DNA of 64,000 nucleotides from contig CM082578.2 of assembly GCA_040954595.2 (NCBI GenBank), forward strand, positions 9,905,519-9,969,518, in the 5' to 3' direction. The first letter of the stretch is position 1; every line of letters starts with the position of its first letter. The notes beneath the pieces are model-generated. The model saw only the letters and a program-made list of their open reading frames with translations. It made no database searches and was not told where the DNA came from. Origin of the DNA: Balanoglossus misakiensis (Eukaryota; Animalia; Hemichordata). This document shows positions 1-13,108 of this stretch, piece by piece. The translations under genes and the position numbers were made by a program.

Positions 1-386
1 CGACAAAACATCTTATTGGACAGTAACTGTGAATACGACAAAAACATGTGAAGGCAGTCCCTGTGAGGAAGATGATGGCTACACGGATCCTTCTGAAATA
101 TTGTTTCAGGGTATGTCAATTTGTCAATACAATTACAGACAAACAGTGTTCTCTATGTCCAATTCTTAAGATATATTCGATTGTCCCGGTGTGAAAAATG
201 GATTGTAATTTACTTGTCATACGTTTTTGTACAGGTGCCTATGGGAACAGTATCTCAGCAGTATTGTCAAAACTCTGCCGCGTGTGTGAACCAGTAACAT
301 CAAGAGTGTGTAGGCTGGTACCACGATTAGGGAAAGTTGTGTGTAAACTGACGACAAAACTGGTGTGCAAGTATGTTATTTGCTAA
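1..386 (+). CDS. BRICHOS-domain type II membrane precursor, copy 1 (3' part only; exons <1-110 and 235-386), with C-terminal Cys-rich cationic peptide
   Basis: Spliced translation is DKTSYWTVTVNTTKTCEGSPCEEDDGYTDPSEILFQ-GAYGNSISAVLSKLCRVCEPVTSRVCRLVPRLGKVVCKLTTKLVCKYVIC*. GT at 111 and AG at 233-234 are in matching phase. It is nearly identical to the last two exons of copy 2. Confidence 0.85.
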
Positions 387-1999
387 GACAGGGGACACAA
401 ATCCAATTTTAATCGGCGGATATTTATAATTACACCATTGTGAACCTGTTTGGATTGCAAATCTCTCGACTAGCTCAATTTCAAAACCACTGCTCTTGAC
501 TTTTTGTATTTGATACCAGTTTGTAAATAGCCTTATTTTTAATCCCTCACGCAATGATGAGTTTTGATAAATTGTACTTTGATTTGAATTGTAACTTAAG
601 CACATCAAAGCATCACTCTACACCCGGACTGCAGGCTTTCGTCAAATGTTATTAAAAATATTGCTACTAGAAGTATACTTGACGTTCCAAATACCGTGTT
701 CTAGAAGTTGATATGGGTCATGAATTTATGTACTTCTTACAGGTACACTCTGAGTATGATGTTTACATACTCAATCTCTATATTGTTTCTACTTTTATAT
801 GTAGGGCGAATTTCTCACGTACGGTCACTATTTTCAGTGATGACCTAATATTAGCGTAAATACGGTATCACTGTATCATCTATGCAATCATGATTTGTGA
901 CGTATTAAAGTGTGCTAGATTACTGTGTTATTTGTTTCCTGGTATGGTATACCTAGATAAGTCGACTTTGCACTTGTTATTTATACTGAAGCATGCAAGT
1001 AGTCGTCATTGTAACCTTTTCTGCGGGTCATTCACCGGTCATCACGACCCTGTTACCCAGTAGCACGCCCTGGTAGATAAGTACTAATGTTTATGGTATT
1101 TTAATACTGTACATTGATGACAATGAAAAAAACGTTGGAATGTCACATTTTATCCAATTTCTCGTGGAGAGGAAACGTTTAGGGCCGAGTGATGATAATC
1201 TAGTAGTTATAGATTGGGTCGAGTTACCGGAAACTAAACACTTCCTTAGACTTTTTATCCCACCAAACTCCGCTTGAATGTGTGCTTGAACTTGAAAATT
1301 GAACACGAAAACTAACAGGTAGATCAACCGACAAACCGCCCACAACAGGAATGTGTGCAAATAGCACACGTAGTAAATTCATATTCAGAAATTTATTCTG
1401 ACAAGTTAAGCGACAGGTTGACGTTATCACTACCTGATCAGCAGAATTAAATTAAATGATGCACACAGTACGGTGTTTATGGCCGAACATACTTCTGTTA
1501 CTCTGCGCTTGCGACGGGTTAAGCAAAAATGGTATTTTGTGCAATTTTATACCAACGTAATTCCAAAGCCGCATGGATTCTTACAGTTTCTGTTTAAATG
1601 GCCTACATAACCCAAAACAAAGTCCCGTTATGTGGGGAGTGGGGTATCCCCCGAGTAAACTGTGATTTTACTTGGCATATGCCATTTCTTGGGTCATCGC
1701 CAAACAGGTCGACGCACTATCCACGTATTTCCTCAAAGCATAATTTAAGAAACATAAATATTTTCGTTGTCCGTAATCTGAAGTATAAATGAATCAGATA
1801 GTGGTGTCATCTCTGTCAACCAATCATGCAATGGCCTCGACGTTGTAAATACATCGGGTTGTGTCTCACCGAGCCTATAAGTACCGCAGTTCAATTAGCG
1901 ACCATCTTCATTGGGACAAGCGTTGTTTGCTGCAGCGGCCAGAAGATTTGCACCTGAGCAACAATATTCCAACCAAGACAACCGATCGAACGCTTCGTT

Positions 2000-4738
2000 A
2001 TGGACGACAACAGGAAAGCGTCGTACAGCGTTAATCAAAGTCAGGATCCACTGACTTCGGTACGTAGAATATTGACATTATTTCATCGTATCCTATACAT
2101 ATTTGTGTTTCCATTCTTGAGTCAGCCTGATAATTATTCTTATTGTGTGATGCGTAGGGGAAAGGCGATTCCTTGAAGACGCAGAACCAGATACTGAAAA
2201 TCGTCGTGGTTGTCTGTGTGATCCTCATTGTTGCCTTGGTTGTTGCTGTCTGTTTGCTGGCGATTCGTCCATGGTATGATGGAAACTCTGACAAGGTAAG
2301 CACCGCGTCACCCATTGTCGGTAACGTTAAATGTAATAGTCCAGGAAGTGTAACCGCGTTTTTGAGAAAGAAAGACGGGGAGAAAAGTGCAGTCATAAAT
2401 ACGCATACTATCTTACTACGTAGTATTTCTATAATAGTTGCTGCAGAGTTCAGATACTGTTTAATTTACAGTATTGCATATGTTTTTTGTAGACTTATGA
2501 AATCAACGTTGTGGACGATTCGGGAAGCGTCCACCACAGTTCCATCAAAGTCAACATAGATTTAGGTGAAGAAGTCTATTACTACTACAACACCAGTGGC
2601 GGTGCTTTCGCTAAACATGTACAGAATGACGCTGAGGAGGATAACAGTTTTTACTGGGTCAGGGATGTTAATAAGGTAACCTGATACAGCTGATTTCTGA
2701 GCTACCCAATCGTATTTATTATATTATTTTCTTACGCTCACAAGGAAGCATGTTTTCGAAAAGAACACCGCATCGAACGTGTTATACATTGCGTAGGCCT
2801 ATCTCCGCAAAGGTGCATATGAGAATAAACCTATTCTCGTACTCTCAGAACATAATATGAAGGGAAAGAATCCGCAAGCTTTGGCTATTTTTTCGGTGAT
2901 TAGGCATGTGCATCTACTACCATCATCAGTATTCTGCTTTCCAACACGAACTTCATATTGTTACGACACGCTGGCCGTTCAGCTCCAAAACAGGGCAGTG
3001 CACGTGAGCAAACAGACTTACTGAGTGGCTCGCTTTGGTGAACCAACCAGCGCAGCACGCAACAAAGACGGTCAACAATAGGCACACCACACGTTATTTC
3101 CTTGCTTATGGAAACTTTTAAATACTACAACTAAACATTTGTAAATATAAAATGACTGTACACTGAGGAAAAACACAGTAAAATAAATGACTACCTTAAA
3201 TGTGACCAGGTGTGGGAAATGAAAAACTAAAGTCCAAGCTTCCGTAGCGCACGACGAACGCGACCAGCACCACGGCAGTCCCAACAGTGACGTTCAGTCC
3301 GAGTAGCGTTCTGGCACAATTCCCCGGTAGACGGCACGGCTTTCGGACGAATTCCCCCATGAGGTAGCACGGCTTCTGGGCGCGGTTTCCAGGCCAGGGC
3401 AGCATAGAACAACACGGCTTCTTGGCGCGGTTTCCAGACCAGTGCAGCATGAAATACGGTACAGCTTCCAAGCCGGCGAGGAACAGAACAGCTCACACGG
3501 GCACGTTCAAATTAGTAGCTACGCCGCAACACAACGTGCGGGCTTTTTACATGGGGAAAATAATGAATGCACCACACCTGGTCACGCAAATATTCAAATT
3601 ACGAAAGTAAGCGAAAACACACCTGGTCACAAAACAGCAAACTTTTCCTACGTAACAATATATGTAACCACCATTGCTTTTGTTGACAAATGAACTCAAG
3701 ACTCGGACTTCAATTAAATGTTCGATTACAATAACAATACGTAATGAAAACGAAAAACCGGTCATTTGTCTACCCTCAATGATTTTTGTTTTTAAATTCT
3801 GTAACAGAAACTGGATGCATCGGTAAGTGACGTGGAAGGATTGTGTTTCCTGTCTGAGTATGACGCCAACGAAGAAGTCAGCCCCGTTGAACTTGATGAC
3901 TATTTGTCATCGTACTCGGTAAGTTCGTCTGCGGTAATACTTCACTCTCAATCAGTCAATCAGCCAGTGACCCAAATACATTAACTGATCGATATTAAGA
4001 GCATTGCTACGTTCTTTAACATTTATTTCTGCAAGGGTTGTTTAGATATCCATGGTCATTTGGTCTATCATTTTCCTAGAACGAGGATGATGAACCTTTC
4101 ATGGATGAGCTCACCATCTACGACATGGGCGTATACGAAACCCCCATTGATGACGTATCTGCTGCTAGCTCTATCATTGGCTCGTACTGCTCCGACAAAA
4201 CATCTTATTGGACAGTAACTGTGAATACGACAACAACGTGTGGCGGCAGTCCCTGTGAAGAAGATGTTGGCTATATGGACCCTTCTGAAATATTGTTTCA
4301 TGGTATGTCACGTTAATGAGACATTAGCTGTATCTGTTGGCACATACTCCACGGCCATGTACTTTTTCCTTCCTGGAGTTTGGTAGACTGCATCGTTTTT
4401 ATACACGTGTGTGGTTGATACAGTTGTGCTGATAGACACTACAACAAAGGCTAGACGGCCACCCATAATTCAAAATCGTGTACGAAAATATCCCAGCCAA
4501 CGGGTTCTTGTGTTGCCATCAATAAAGGATGCCCAGGTGTAAAACCATGACTTAAATACGTCTTTCGTTTTTTTGCACAGGTGCCCTTGAGAACAGTGTT
4601 GAAGCATTATTGCCAAAGTTATGCCGCGTGTGTGAACCAGTTACATCAAAGGTGTGCAAGAAGGTGTTTAAGCGACCCCGGTGGAGAACCACGTGTAAAG
4701 TGACGACAAAATTGTTGTGCAAGTGGGTTGTTTGCTAA
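2000..4738 (+). CDS. BRICHOS-domain type II membrane precursor, copy 2 (exons 2000-2059, 2158-2295, 2493-2675, 3808-3918, 4080-4302, 4581-4738; about 290 aa)
   Basis: All introns are GT-AG and in phase. Short cytosolic N-terminus (MDDNRKASY...), TM segment (IVVVVCVILIVALVVAVCLLAI), then an acidic luminal domain with BRICHOS hallmarks (VRDVNK, GLCFL, IIGSYCSDKTSYW). The C-terminal peptide is LCRVCEPVTSKVCKKVFKRPRWRTTCKVTTKLLCKWVVC*. Confidence 0.85.
2959..3657. mobile_element. Solo LTR in intron 3 of BRICHOS copy 2
   Basis: Termini are TGTTACG...CGTAACA (TG..CA, 7-bp inverted repeat) with a perfect 4-bp TSD, ATAT (2955-2958 and 3658-3661). Internal direct repeats CACGGCTTCT-GGCGCGGTTTCCAG. 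This intron is about 1.1 kb versus about 0.19 kb in copy 3. Confidence 0.8.
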
Positions 4739-5469
4739 GGCAGGGGACATTAAACCCAAATTTAACCATGTTGATGGACAATTATAATTATGCCTTTGCG
4801 ATATCTATTGAACAATACATTTCTCGCCCATATTCATCAACACCACCGCTGTTGACTTTTTGTATTTGATGAGAGTTTGTGACAAGCTTTTTTTATTTTG
4901 TCAATCCCTTCTGCAACGATAAAACTAAGAAATGATTAATTCACAGATAGCATTGCGATACAATTTATCAGATTAAAGATAATGTAACATGCGCTAATTT
5001 CTCCCATGCGTATATAAGTGTTTAAAATTAGGATGTCGTTGCTACGATTAATAACGTGGCCGATATTGAGTTTATTCTTTTTAGAGATTGTAACAATTTG
5101 GTGTTGTTCTTTTGAAATAAAAATATAATTGTAGTTAAAACACATCAAACATGGCCTATTCGAGTGATCAAGAGGTTCCATCTCTACGTGTAAAACCGGG
5201 CAAGTGTTGAAAGTAAATGTCCTAATAATAAATGAAGCAGACCATTCGAAGTTTGTTTGCTTATATGTGTTTGTTTATTTGCTAAATGTATTTGATTTTA
5301 TTTCATGACACGAAAGGCGGCTTCCCGATAACGGATAGCGAAGCCTCTTTCATTATTATCTATACATAAGACAACTACTGAGAAATCGAAGATGACTGAT
5401 GCATGTACACCAGAAAATAGGGTTGGAGTCGAAACAATTGTCGTAATCGTGGATAATCAGCCTGTGGTC

Positions 5470-7204
5470 CTAGGGTGCTTCGCTGCAACAGCAGTGGGCT
5501 GAAAGAGATAAAGAGTAAAGTGACATTAAATGTTCAACATCATGTCTGTCTATCAACCAAATTAAAGAACTAATCTAAAAGTACGTTTCCCCATAAGGAG
5601 AGTCAATTCGTTTTGAAATGTTATGATACGCACTCCCAGTTTTGGGGAATTATGAACACGGCTTACATGGAATTTCGCAGACGAATCCCTTTGGTCTGGC
5701 ATTGCAATATTCGTCGTCCCACTTCCCATCGTGGCCAAATCGGTACCTGAAATCAGAAAGCGAAACGCAGATGAAATTGATATCAAGTACTTCAAAGTTC
5801 TCTAATATACAACACTAGAGGGACAAAGCTTTCTGAACAAATGTGTACCCATATATCGAAGTTTAGAACGCTAATATTTCACACGGTTATATTATCTTAT
5901 ACCCAGCTAACAACTAATGCATTCAAATTGAGACACGTAAATGCAATTACATATGTACATTTGAAAGAAAAGCTATGTTCACGGAAAAATCGTTACAAAC
6001 ACAATTTTGTTCAACTTTTCAATCTACGGATAACAGAAAATACACAACATGGATGTTTATGTCCTTTTTTCAGAAAAACTCAATGGTCAAAGTTCAACAC
6101 TGTTAATGAAGAAATCATGTGATATTCCTCATTTTTTTCTACCGCCCCATTTGATCAATTGAAATGTTAACTACCTTTTTAATACATTAAAGTCAATACA
6201 AGAATGATCACAATCTTACTAACCAAAGTTGCCCGCAGTCCTGGCCTCCGGTATCTCTGTTCGTGTTGTTGTTTGGTTCTCCGGTGGCCCAGTCCTGGTA
6301 AGTGTTAGTGCATATTGGAATTCCGTTGTTCCAAACAAAATTGCCTTCGCTCGCAATATCAGTCAGGCCGATGAAGAACCCGTAGCGCGTGATGCAGGGA
6401 GGTCCATCGAGTTGTCCGTTGCTGATGAAGGTCTTCACCAATGAGTTAATTTCGTCGTCAAACAGGTTGGCCAGCGAACCTCCACGTTCAGCACACTTAT
6501 CTTCGGCGTATCCATAGTACGTCTGCGTTCCAGAGTTGGCATCGTCGGGCATCTGACAATGTACTTCGTACTTTTTGCACAGGCAAAAGGATGCTGTCAA
6601 CGGATAGGACACAATGAGTATGAGCACAATACATATATCTACCATCATTCCGAAAAAATAACAACCAAATAAAGATGAAAATTTAGCTATCTATCTGTCT
6701 ATCTGTCTGTCTGTCGGCCTGTCTGTCGGCCTGTCTGTTTGTCTGTCTGTCTATCTGTCTGTCTAACAGACCGACCGACTTGCTGGCTTTCTGAAGTCTG
6801 TCCATTTGACAGACAGACTGTGACAGATAGTTTAGGAAAAGAAGAAAATACTTAGTTTTTTATATGTTTGATACTTACGAGGACATGACTGTGATGCAAA
6901 TCGTATAGCACAGGCGTGAAAAAATATCATGAAATGGTTAGTACATGATTGTTTTCTTGTGTGATGAAGATAACTACGATTGAAGGCATTTTTCAAGCAC
7001 TAAAGATAACGTATCGCATGCAATTGGAACGTTTAACGCCGCATTCTTATTCAAACATCAGGCATGATTTTAGTCCACCCTTCATTGAACGGGAACCCAC
7101 AAAAGAAATTCAATATGAATGAAGGGAAACGAGGTAAACAAGCTTACATTTGCCGCAGCAAACACAACTCCAGAAAGAAGGACGAGGGCTACTTTGATAT
7201 TCAT
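5470..7204 (-). CDS. Secreted C-type lectin 1 (exons 7204-7148, 6888-6879, 6595-6222, 5746-5667, 5498-5470)
   Basis: Signal peptide MNIKVALVLLSGVVFAAAN, a 10-nt microexon (SCP), and a CTLD with CAERGGSLA, FFIGLTD..EGNFVW, GEPNN, QDCGQLW, WDDEYC and GFVCE. The protein ends SHCCCSEAP*. Confidence 0.9.
6688..6765. repeat. (TCTG/TCTA)n microsatellite
   Basis: Imperfect tetranucleotide run in a lectin 1 intron. Confidence 0.85.
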
Positions 7205-7973
7205 TTTGTGACTGGAAAAAAAATAAAGTCATGTGTTACTAAGTTTTATCGGAGTTGCCCTCGGCCTGAGTGTGGTTATATGGTTTCATAATATTAGCCC
7301 GAAGGACTATATGCATATGAAATATTTTGGCACCACAAAGAATTGGTCCGTCCTCAAGACCGAAGTTAATTCGAATAGCATGTTGCCTTTGGGACAAATA
7401 TCGAAAAAAATGTTAGCGTGTTTGATAGCAATATAAATTTGCAACCAAAAAAGGAAAAGCAGTCTTCTATCTTACCTTGCGCCTCAGCTTTTTGGTATTC
7501 TTCAGAGGATGACTTTTGAGTCTGTGAATAAGCCTCTATTTATTGAAAACTGTAGGTCGGGGGTGTTACCGTTACTCTAGGAAGGCCGTTCAGAATTACA
7601 TGTCTTGCAGCAGAAGGTATGTATTAGAATACCTCCATTTTGGCCCAGGAGAAATCCCCCGTGGAAACTGACGACATACGCAATATGGTATACGTCCGAA
7701 TTTTTTATTATTTTTTGTGTGATTACGGTAATTAGGTTTGAGTGTGCAGATTTGGTCTAAGCGGATTGAAATGCGAACGAATTATTGAATATTATCCTAT
7801 CAGCCACCTGGTCTAGTGTGCTCCGCGTCACTTCGCCCTCCACTGCGAGTGTTTGGTCAGAGTGTTTCGTAAATTTACTCGTTGATTTCAATATTTTCCT
7901 GTACAATTAAACCACTTTGTTTCAGCACTCATGTTTTAGTGAATGACAAACCGACAATTCAGAATACATCCTT

Positions 7974-8075
7974 AACACAACACAACACAACACAACACAA
8001 CACAACACAACACAACACAACACAACACAACACAACACAACATAACAACATAACATTACATAACATAACATAACT
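7974..8075. repeat. (ACACA)n grading into (ACATA)n pentanucleotide microsatellite
   Basis: Read directly from the sequence. Confidence 0.95.
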
Positions 8076-8746
8076 AAAACAACATGACAGTGATTGTTAG
8101 CAGCTAAATATTAATATAACAATATTATGAGTAAAATAGTGTATAAATTTCGACATTTTCTGGCCAAATTTCTTTGTGATAGATAAACAGTTTGTCTTTA
8201 TGTCAAACAAATTCTTATTCGTTAAAATCACTGACGATAAATGTATTTGCTAATTACGGGAGGTGTCCTTCAATCTTGATAATTGTGTACGCTTTCAAGT
8301 GGTTAGCATAATGACCAGTAAATGTTAGTTAAAATTATTTACGCTGGTCTCTACTGGCCGAATATAAGGTTTTCTTTTACTACAAGTCAATGAACTCATA
8401 TGCTTCCACACAGAACGAACGGTTAAATATTCGTTTCCATTTCGTTGCTGGATTTGGTTTAATTCCTACACAGACGAATCCCTCTGGACAAGGGATGCAA
8501 CAAGGTGGTATCAACTCGAATACGATCAAAGTTTGATATGTCAGATTTGCAATTTGTCAGAGGTGCATACAAAGATTATGCCTATGAGGCAGAGTGGCAG
8601 ATGGCAAACATAGGGTAGGAGATTTGGATGGGGATTTGGCTGAGGGGATTTTGTGATCCGACTGTCTTCTATACGCAGTTTAGTTTGAAGCCCATAATTA
8701 TATTTGTTTTGTTTTGTTTTGTTTTGAGAATACATTAACTGCAGCT

Positions 8747-8832
8747 ACAGACAGACAGGCAGGCAGGCAGGTAGACAGACAGACAGACACACACAGACAG
8801 ACTGAGTGACAGACAGGCAGGCAGACAGATAG
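8747..8832. repeat. (CAGA/CAGG)n microsatellite
   Basis: Read directly from the sequence. Confidence 0.85.
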
Positions 8833-9601
8833 AACGACAACAAATAGGAGTCATTTTGCATATTTTGAAACGAATCACACATCGTCGGCATGATCGACTT
8901 TAAGGCTTACAGAAATCGTCAGACAATAGACCTTCTGGCTTCCAGGTGGCCGGAAAGTATTATTTGTGTTTCTGTCACTTTAACAGTCAGTTCTAGAAAG
9001 TTCAGTTCAGTTCTAGAGAGCGATGCCTTTTGAAAACATTTCTAGCATGTATTTTACATAGAATTCAGGTATAATATTTGCATTGTGACCAATGACTGAC
9101 CAGTGGCCGAGTCACCCGGCTGATCACTCTAGTGACGTAGGTCAACCAAAGGTTCACACGTCTGTTTAGAGAATCACGGTTAATGTTCGACCCGTCACCA
9201 CGGAGACAGACACATGTTGAAAATACCCACGTGTGTGTTGTGACGGATTTCTGTTTACAGAAACTTTGTCAACTTTAACACCGTCAAACAACCTGTTGTT
9301 GTTGTTTTTTCTCAGCCAGTGCAAAGTAACAATACACCGTAATTGTATGTGACAATAACAAATACTTGTTTATGATGCAAAAATGAGATGCATTGATTTG
9401 TGGTTGGGTGTATATCGAAACACACGGTGTCAGTGGTGGTTCTGTACGGGTTCGTGCACATTTTTTTTCGGTGAAAGAATAAAGCCCGGCAGAAATGCCT
9501 ACGCTCTTTTCCCGTATACCAGATATCATCAAACTTTCTGCATTTACTGCATCTAAATTTACACCTCACTGAAAATATTAGCTTGCGCGCCAAGTTGACA
9601 T

Positions 9602-9693
9602 TTCATTCATTCATTCATTCATTCATTCATTCATTCATTCATTCATTCATTCATTCATTCATTCATTCATTCATTCATTCATTCATTCATTCA
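9602..9693. repeat. (TTCA)n perfect microsatellite
   Basis: Read directly from the sequence. Confidence 0.97.
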
Positions 9694-10186
9694 AGACATG
9701 TACACACAACACAGCACAACCTATTTGACCAATACTGCATTCGGTAGTGCTCTGGAGGTATTTATTAAAAAACTATTTGAGTCATATTTAATTTGTAACC
9801 AGTTATCACAGTAGAGTGGACCATTCGAGTGGCCTTGTTGACATGTTATCTGTCGACCATCACTATGATGTCAACGTCCTTAACCTTTACGCAGATGACA
9901 TCATGGTGATGAAACGAAAGCAGTGCTCACCTCACGTGTAAAAACAAACTCTGCGTTAATGTTGTCAATCTTATCTACGTCAGAGATTATGTGAAGGTAA
10001 AACAGAATTCCTTTGCTCGGCCTTGGCATGGCTGACTTTGTAATGTTACAGATTAACAGAGGAGTCCGAACGAAATGCATAAAAACTGGGATTACCGACA
10101 AGTACATCCCAAACAGAATCCACACGCTTCCCACTTGATATACTCCGGTCACCTCTTTCCACGTCTGTAGCGAGCGCAGTGGCACG

Positions 10187-12293
10187 ATGAGCAAAGCCGA
10201 CGCAATGGAGAATGGCTCCTTGGACAAGAAGAGTCTCAGCGTAATGCCGCTTACCCCTGTAAGTATCTGCGTACCATACACGTATAGTTCAGTTTTTATT
10301 TAACATTTGCTGTATGCATAGATTTGACTTTTACCACAATAACGATACATCTCAAAAGAGCACACCCCAGGGCGGCATTTAAATGCTGTAGGGGATTCAG
10401 AAATAGATCTAGCAATATCATCGGTCATTTACATTTTTGATGTGTCGCGCCCTCTATATATACACATACTGTATACGTGTTGTTTGATGTCCATGTATAG
10501 GAAGAACCGTCCAACAACAGTAGATGTCGACGCTGCAATCTAAAGGTCATTGTGGTCGCCTGCGTGTTGCTGCTCGTCGTTTGTGCCGTGGTTGGCTGTT
10601 GTGTCTATGTATTTGGGATTCTACGTCCGTGGCAGCCGAATTCAGACGATCAGCAGGTAACTAACTACCTTGCAAAGGCGCGCGTTTTATTTTATTCCCC
10701 AACTATGTACGCTAGATATCACACTAAATAAGAGAACTGAAAGTTTCAAGCCCATGTTTCAAGTCAAAACGTCAATTTGCAAACATATAATAGGATCGGG
10801 TGAGATTTATCGAGTTATACAGCGATTGCCAGTTTATGAAGAAAAAAGTAATAATCGCATAGTTTAATGTCAAAAGGGGGTTGTTTTGTCATGTAGGCGA
10901 CATGCTGAGGTTGGCCAGCTGTTTGTACGCCTATATACCCGAATTTCACAAAGGAAATCTCTGTTAGTGAATTATTAATTATCCGTTCAGATAAGACAAT
11001 TGTTTAATGTTTAAACTGGTTTGACCAATTGGCAAATTTGATTTAATTGTATTCTGCAGGAATACGTGGTAGAAGTCAAGGATGTTAATGGGAACCCGTA
11101 CTATGTCACGATCGACGTCGGCGTTGCCAAGGGTGAAGAAGTTTTCGGAAATGGCTACAGCGATACAAACAACAACGCGAAGACAGTGGATGATGACGAC
11201 GACGAGGGGGGTGATGAAAGCTTCTTGGTGAGAGATGTCAACAAGGTAATGGAAACATACCTAAGCCTGCAAATATCTCGAGGCTATGGAGATACCACGG
11301 TAAAACTGAAGTTTGGATTGGCAGTCTGAAAATATGACAATAAAAATACTGTCGTTTTCGAGCAGCGCTGTTTAACGGTAGGTCCTAATGTTGACGAGGT
11401 GACAGATTTACAACAAAACGTACGCTTTATTACAGAAATTAGATGCAACAGTGAGTGAGGGCGATGCGGCCTGCTTCTTGTCTCCATACGACGCAAACGA
11501 TGAAGTCAGCCCGGTGGAACTCAACGACTTTCTCAGTTCCTATTCGGTGGGTAGAGAATTTAGACAATTACAAAATCATTTCTTAGCAGATGTAGTTCCA
11601 GACTGAATTTCGTGACCCACTTTTTTAGATGTCAACACTTCATTTTGCTGACAATAGTCTTGTATCTTGTTTACATTTTTACGAAACGACCGGCGTCTCG
11701 TCTCCTGTCCTCTATTAGGCTGACACCGACTTCTCAGATGAAGTGACAACATACGAAATGTACGTCGCGGATGACCCTATCGAGGACGTCACGGCAGAGA
11801 GTGACGTCATCGGCCACCACTGCGCCGACAAGACGTCATACTGGGTGATTACAGGCAACGCCACCACGACCTGTGGTGGCCAGCCTTGCGAAGAAGATAA
11901 CAATGGAGACGAAGACGAAGAATCATCTGCTTTGGTGCAGCAGAAGGGGAGGGGAGGTAAATTCTAGCATTACAAACCATTAGCTTAATTTAAAGTGAAT
12001 TCGGTGATGCTGAACGGAATTTAAGAACGACAGTATACATGTATGTACATGTAGACGACGAGAACACGGGTGTTGGGCCCGATGTCCGGAAATTTTGCTG
12101 CCTTCCAATACTAACGTTTATCTAACCTGACCCAATTCATTGTTTTGCAGGTCGTTTAGTTTTAAGGCGAACATGCGACAGAGTCTGCCAAGTCGTATTG
12201 AAAACCGTATGCAAGGTATTTCGAAGGTTTAGGATCATCAGACGAATATGTGAGTGTGTGGCTAAACGGGTCTGCAATCGTGTGTGCTACTAG
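10187..12293 (+). CDS. BRICHOS-domain type II membrane precursor, copy 3 (exons 10187-10258, 10501-10656, 11060-11245, 11436-11546, 11719-11956, 12151-12293)
   Basis: Same six-exon structure and phases as copy 2. TM segment VIVVACVLLLVVCAVVGCCVYVFGIL; motifs LVRDVNK, AACFL and VIGHHCADKTSYW. The C-terminus is KGRGGRLVLRR-TCDRVCQVVLKTVCKVFRRFRIIRRICECVAKRVCNRVCY*. Confidence 0.85.
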
Positions 12294-13108
12294 TTCTTGT
12301 CATCCTGAACCGGAACCAAATATGGAGACCATCGAGTTGTAATATTCCAAAGTTATCGTTTTGTGAAAGTTGAGCATTACATTTCATTATTTCAGTCGAC
12401 ATGTACAAAAGACTGGGGAAATTCTGGAGTGCAGAGGATATCGGCTACTTATCGTATTGAAGTATCCATGACAATATTAGATTAGAACATAGAAACATAA
12501 TATCAACGTTAGATTCATTAATAATTAAAGCTTAAGTTGCAAGTTTTTACGCTCACAGAAGTAACAATTTAATTTTGCATAATTTTATTATTTTATTAAT
12601 GAAATCAGAAATTGTGACTTTTATGGTTGTGTAAGGATATTTATTATGTATTCTCCATTTTTTAGTATTTTGTCATTTTCTATTGTGGTTGTTCAGTTTA
12701 TATTGTGATTTTACGTCGCTATCGTTGAGAAATGTTTCGCTTTTGGATACTATTTTTGATATTAACATCATAGTTTTTGACAGTGACGTTTGTTAACATA
12801 TCTGGGTCATTTCTATGACTTTTTTAATCATGGGATTCGTTGTATATATTTAACTTTTTGTTATCGACTGTTGAAATATTTTTACTGTGCATTTTCCCTG
12901 TAAAGTTATTTTTGTGATCCTTCATAACTAATTTACCAATAAATTTGCAAAAATAACAACCAAATAAATTCCTCTCCTTATTCACGCCAACTCGTACTTT
13001 TGTAGTAAAGATTGTTCCGACATGTACATGTACCTTGAAAACCTGTTTTTCTTCCGAAATTTCATCAAAGTAAATTCCACCCATAGTGGACACCTAACTT
13101 TTAGAGTG

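Noticed and set aside
8470-8506. Short stretch resembling the end of BRICHOS exon 3 (DESLWTRD..AACAAG|GT) or the lectin GFVC exon on the opposite strand
   Set aside because: Too short, needs a frameshift, and no flanking exons were found; may be chance.
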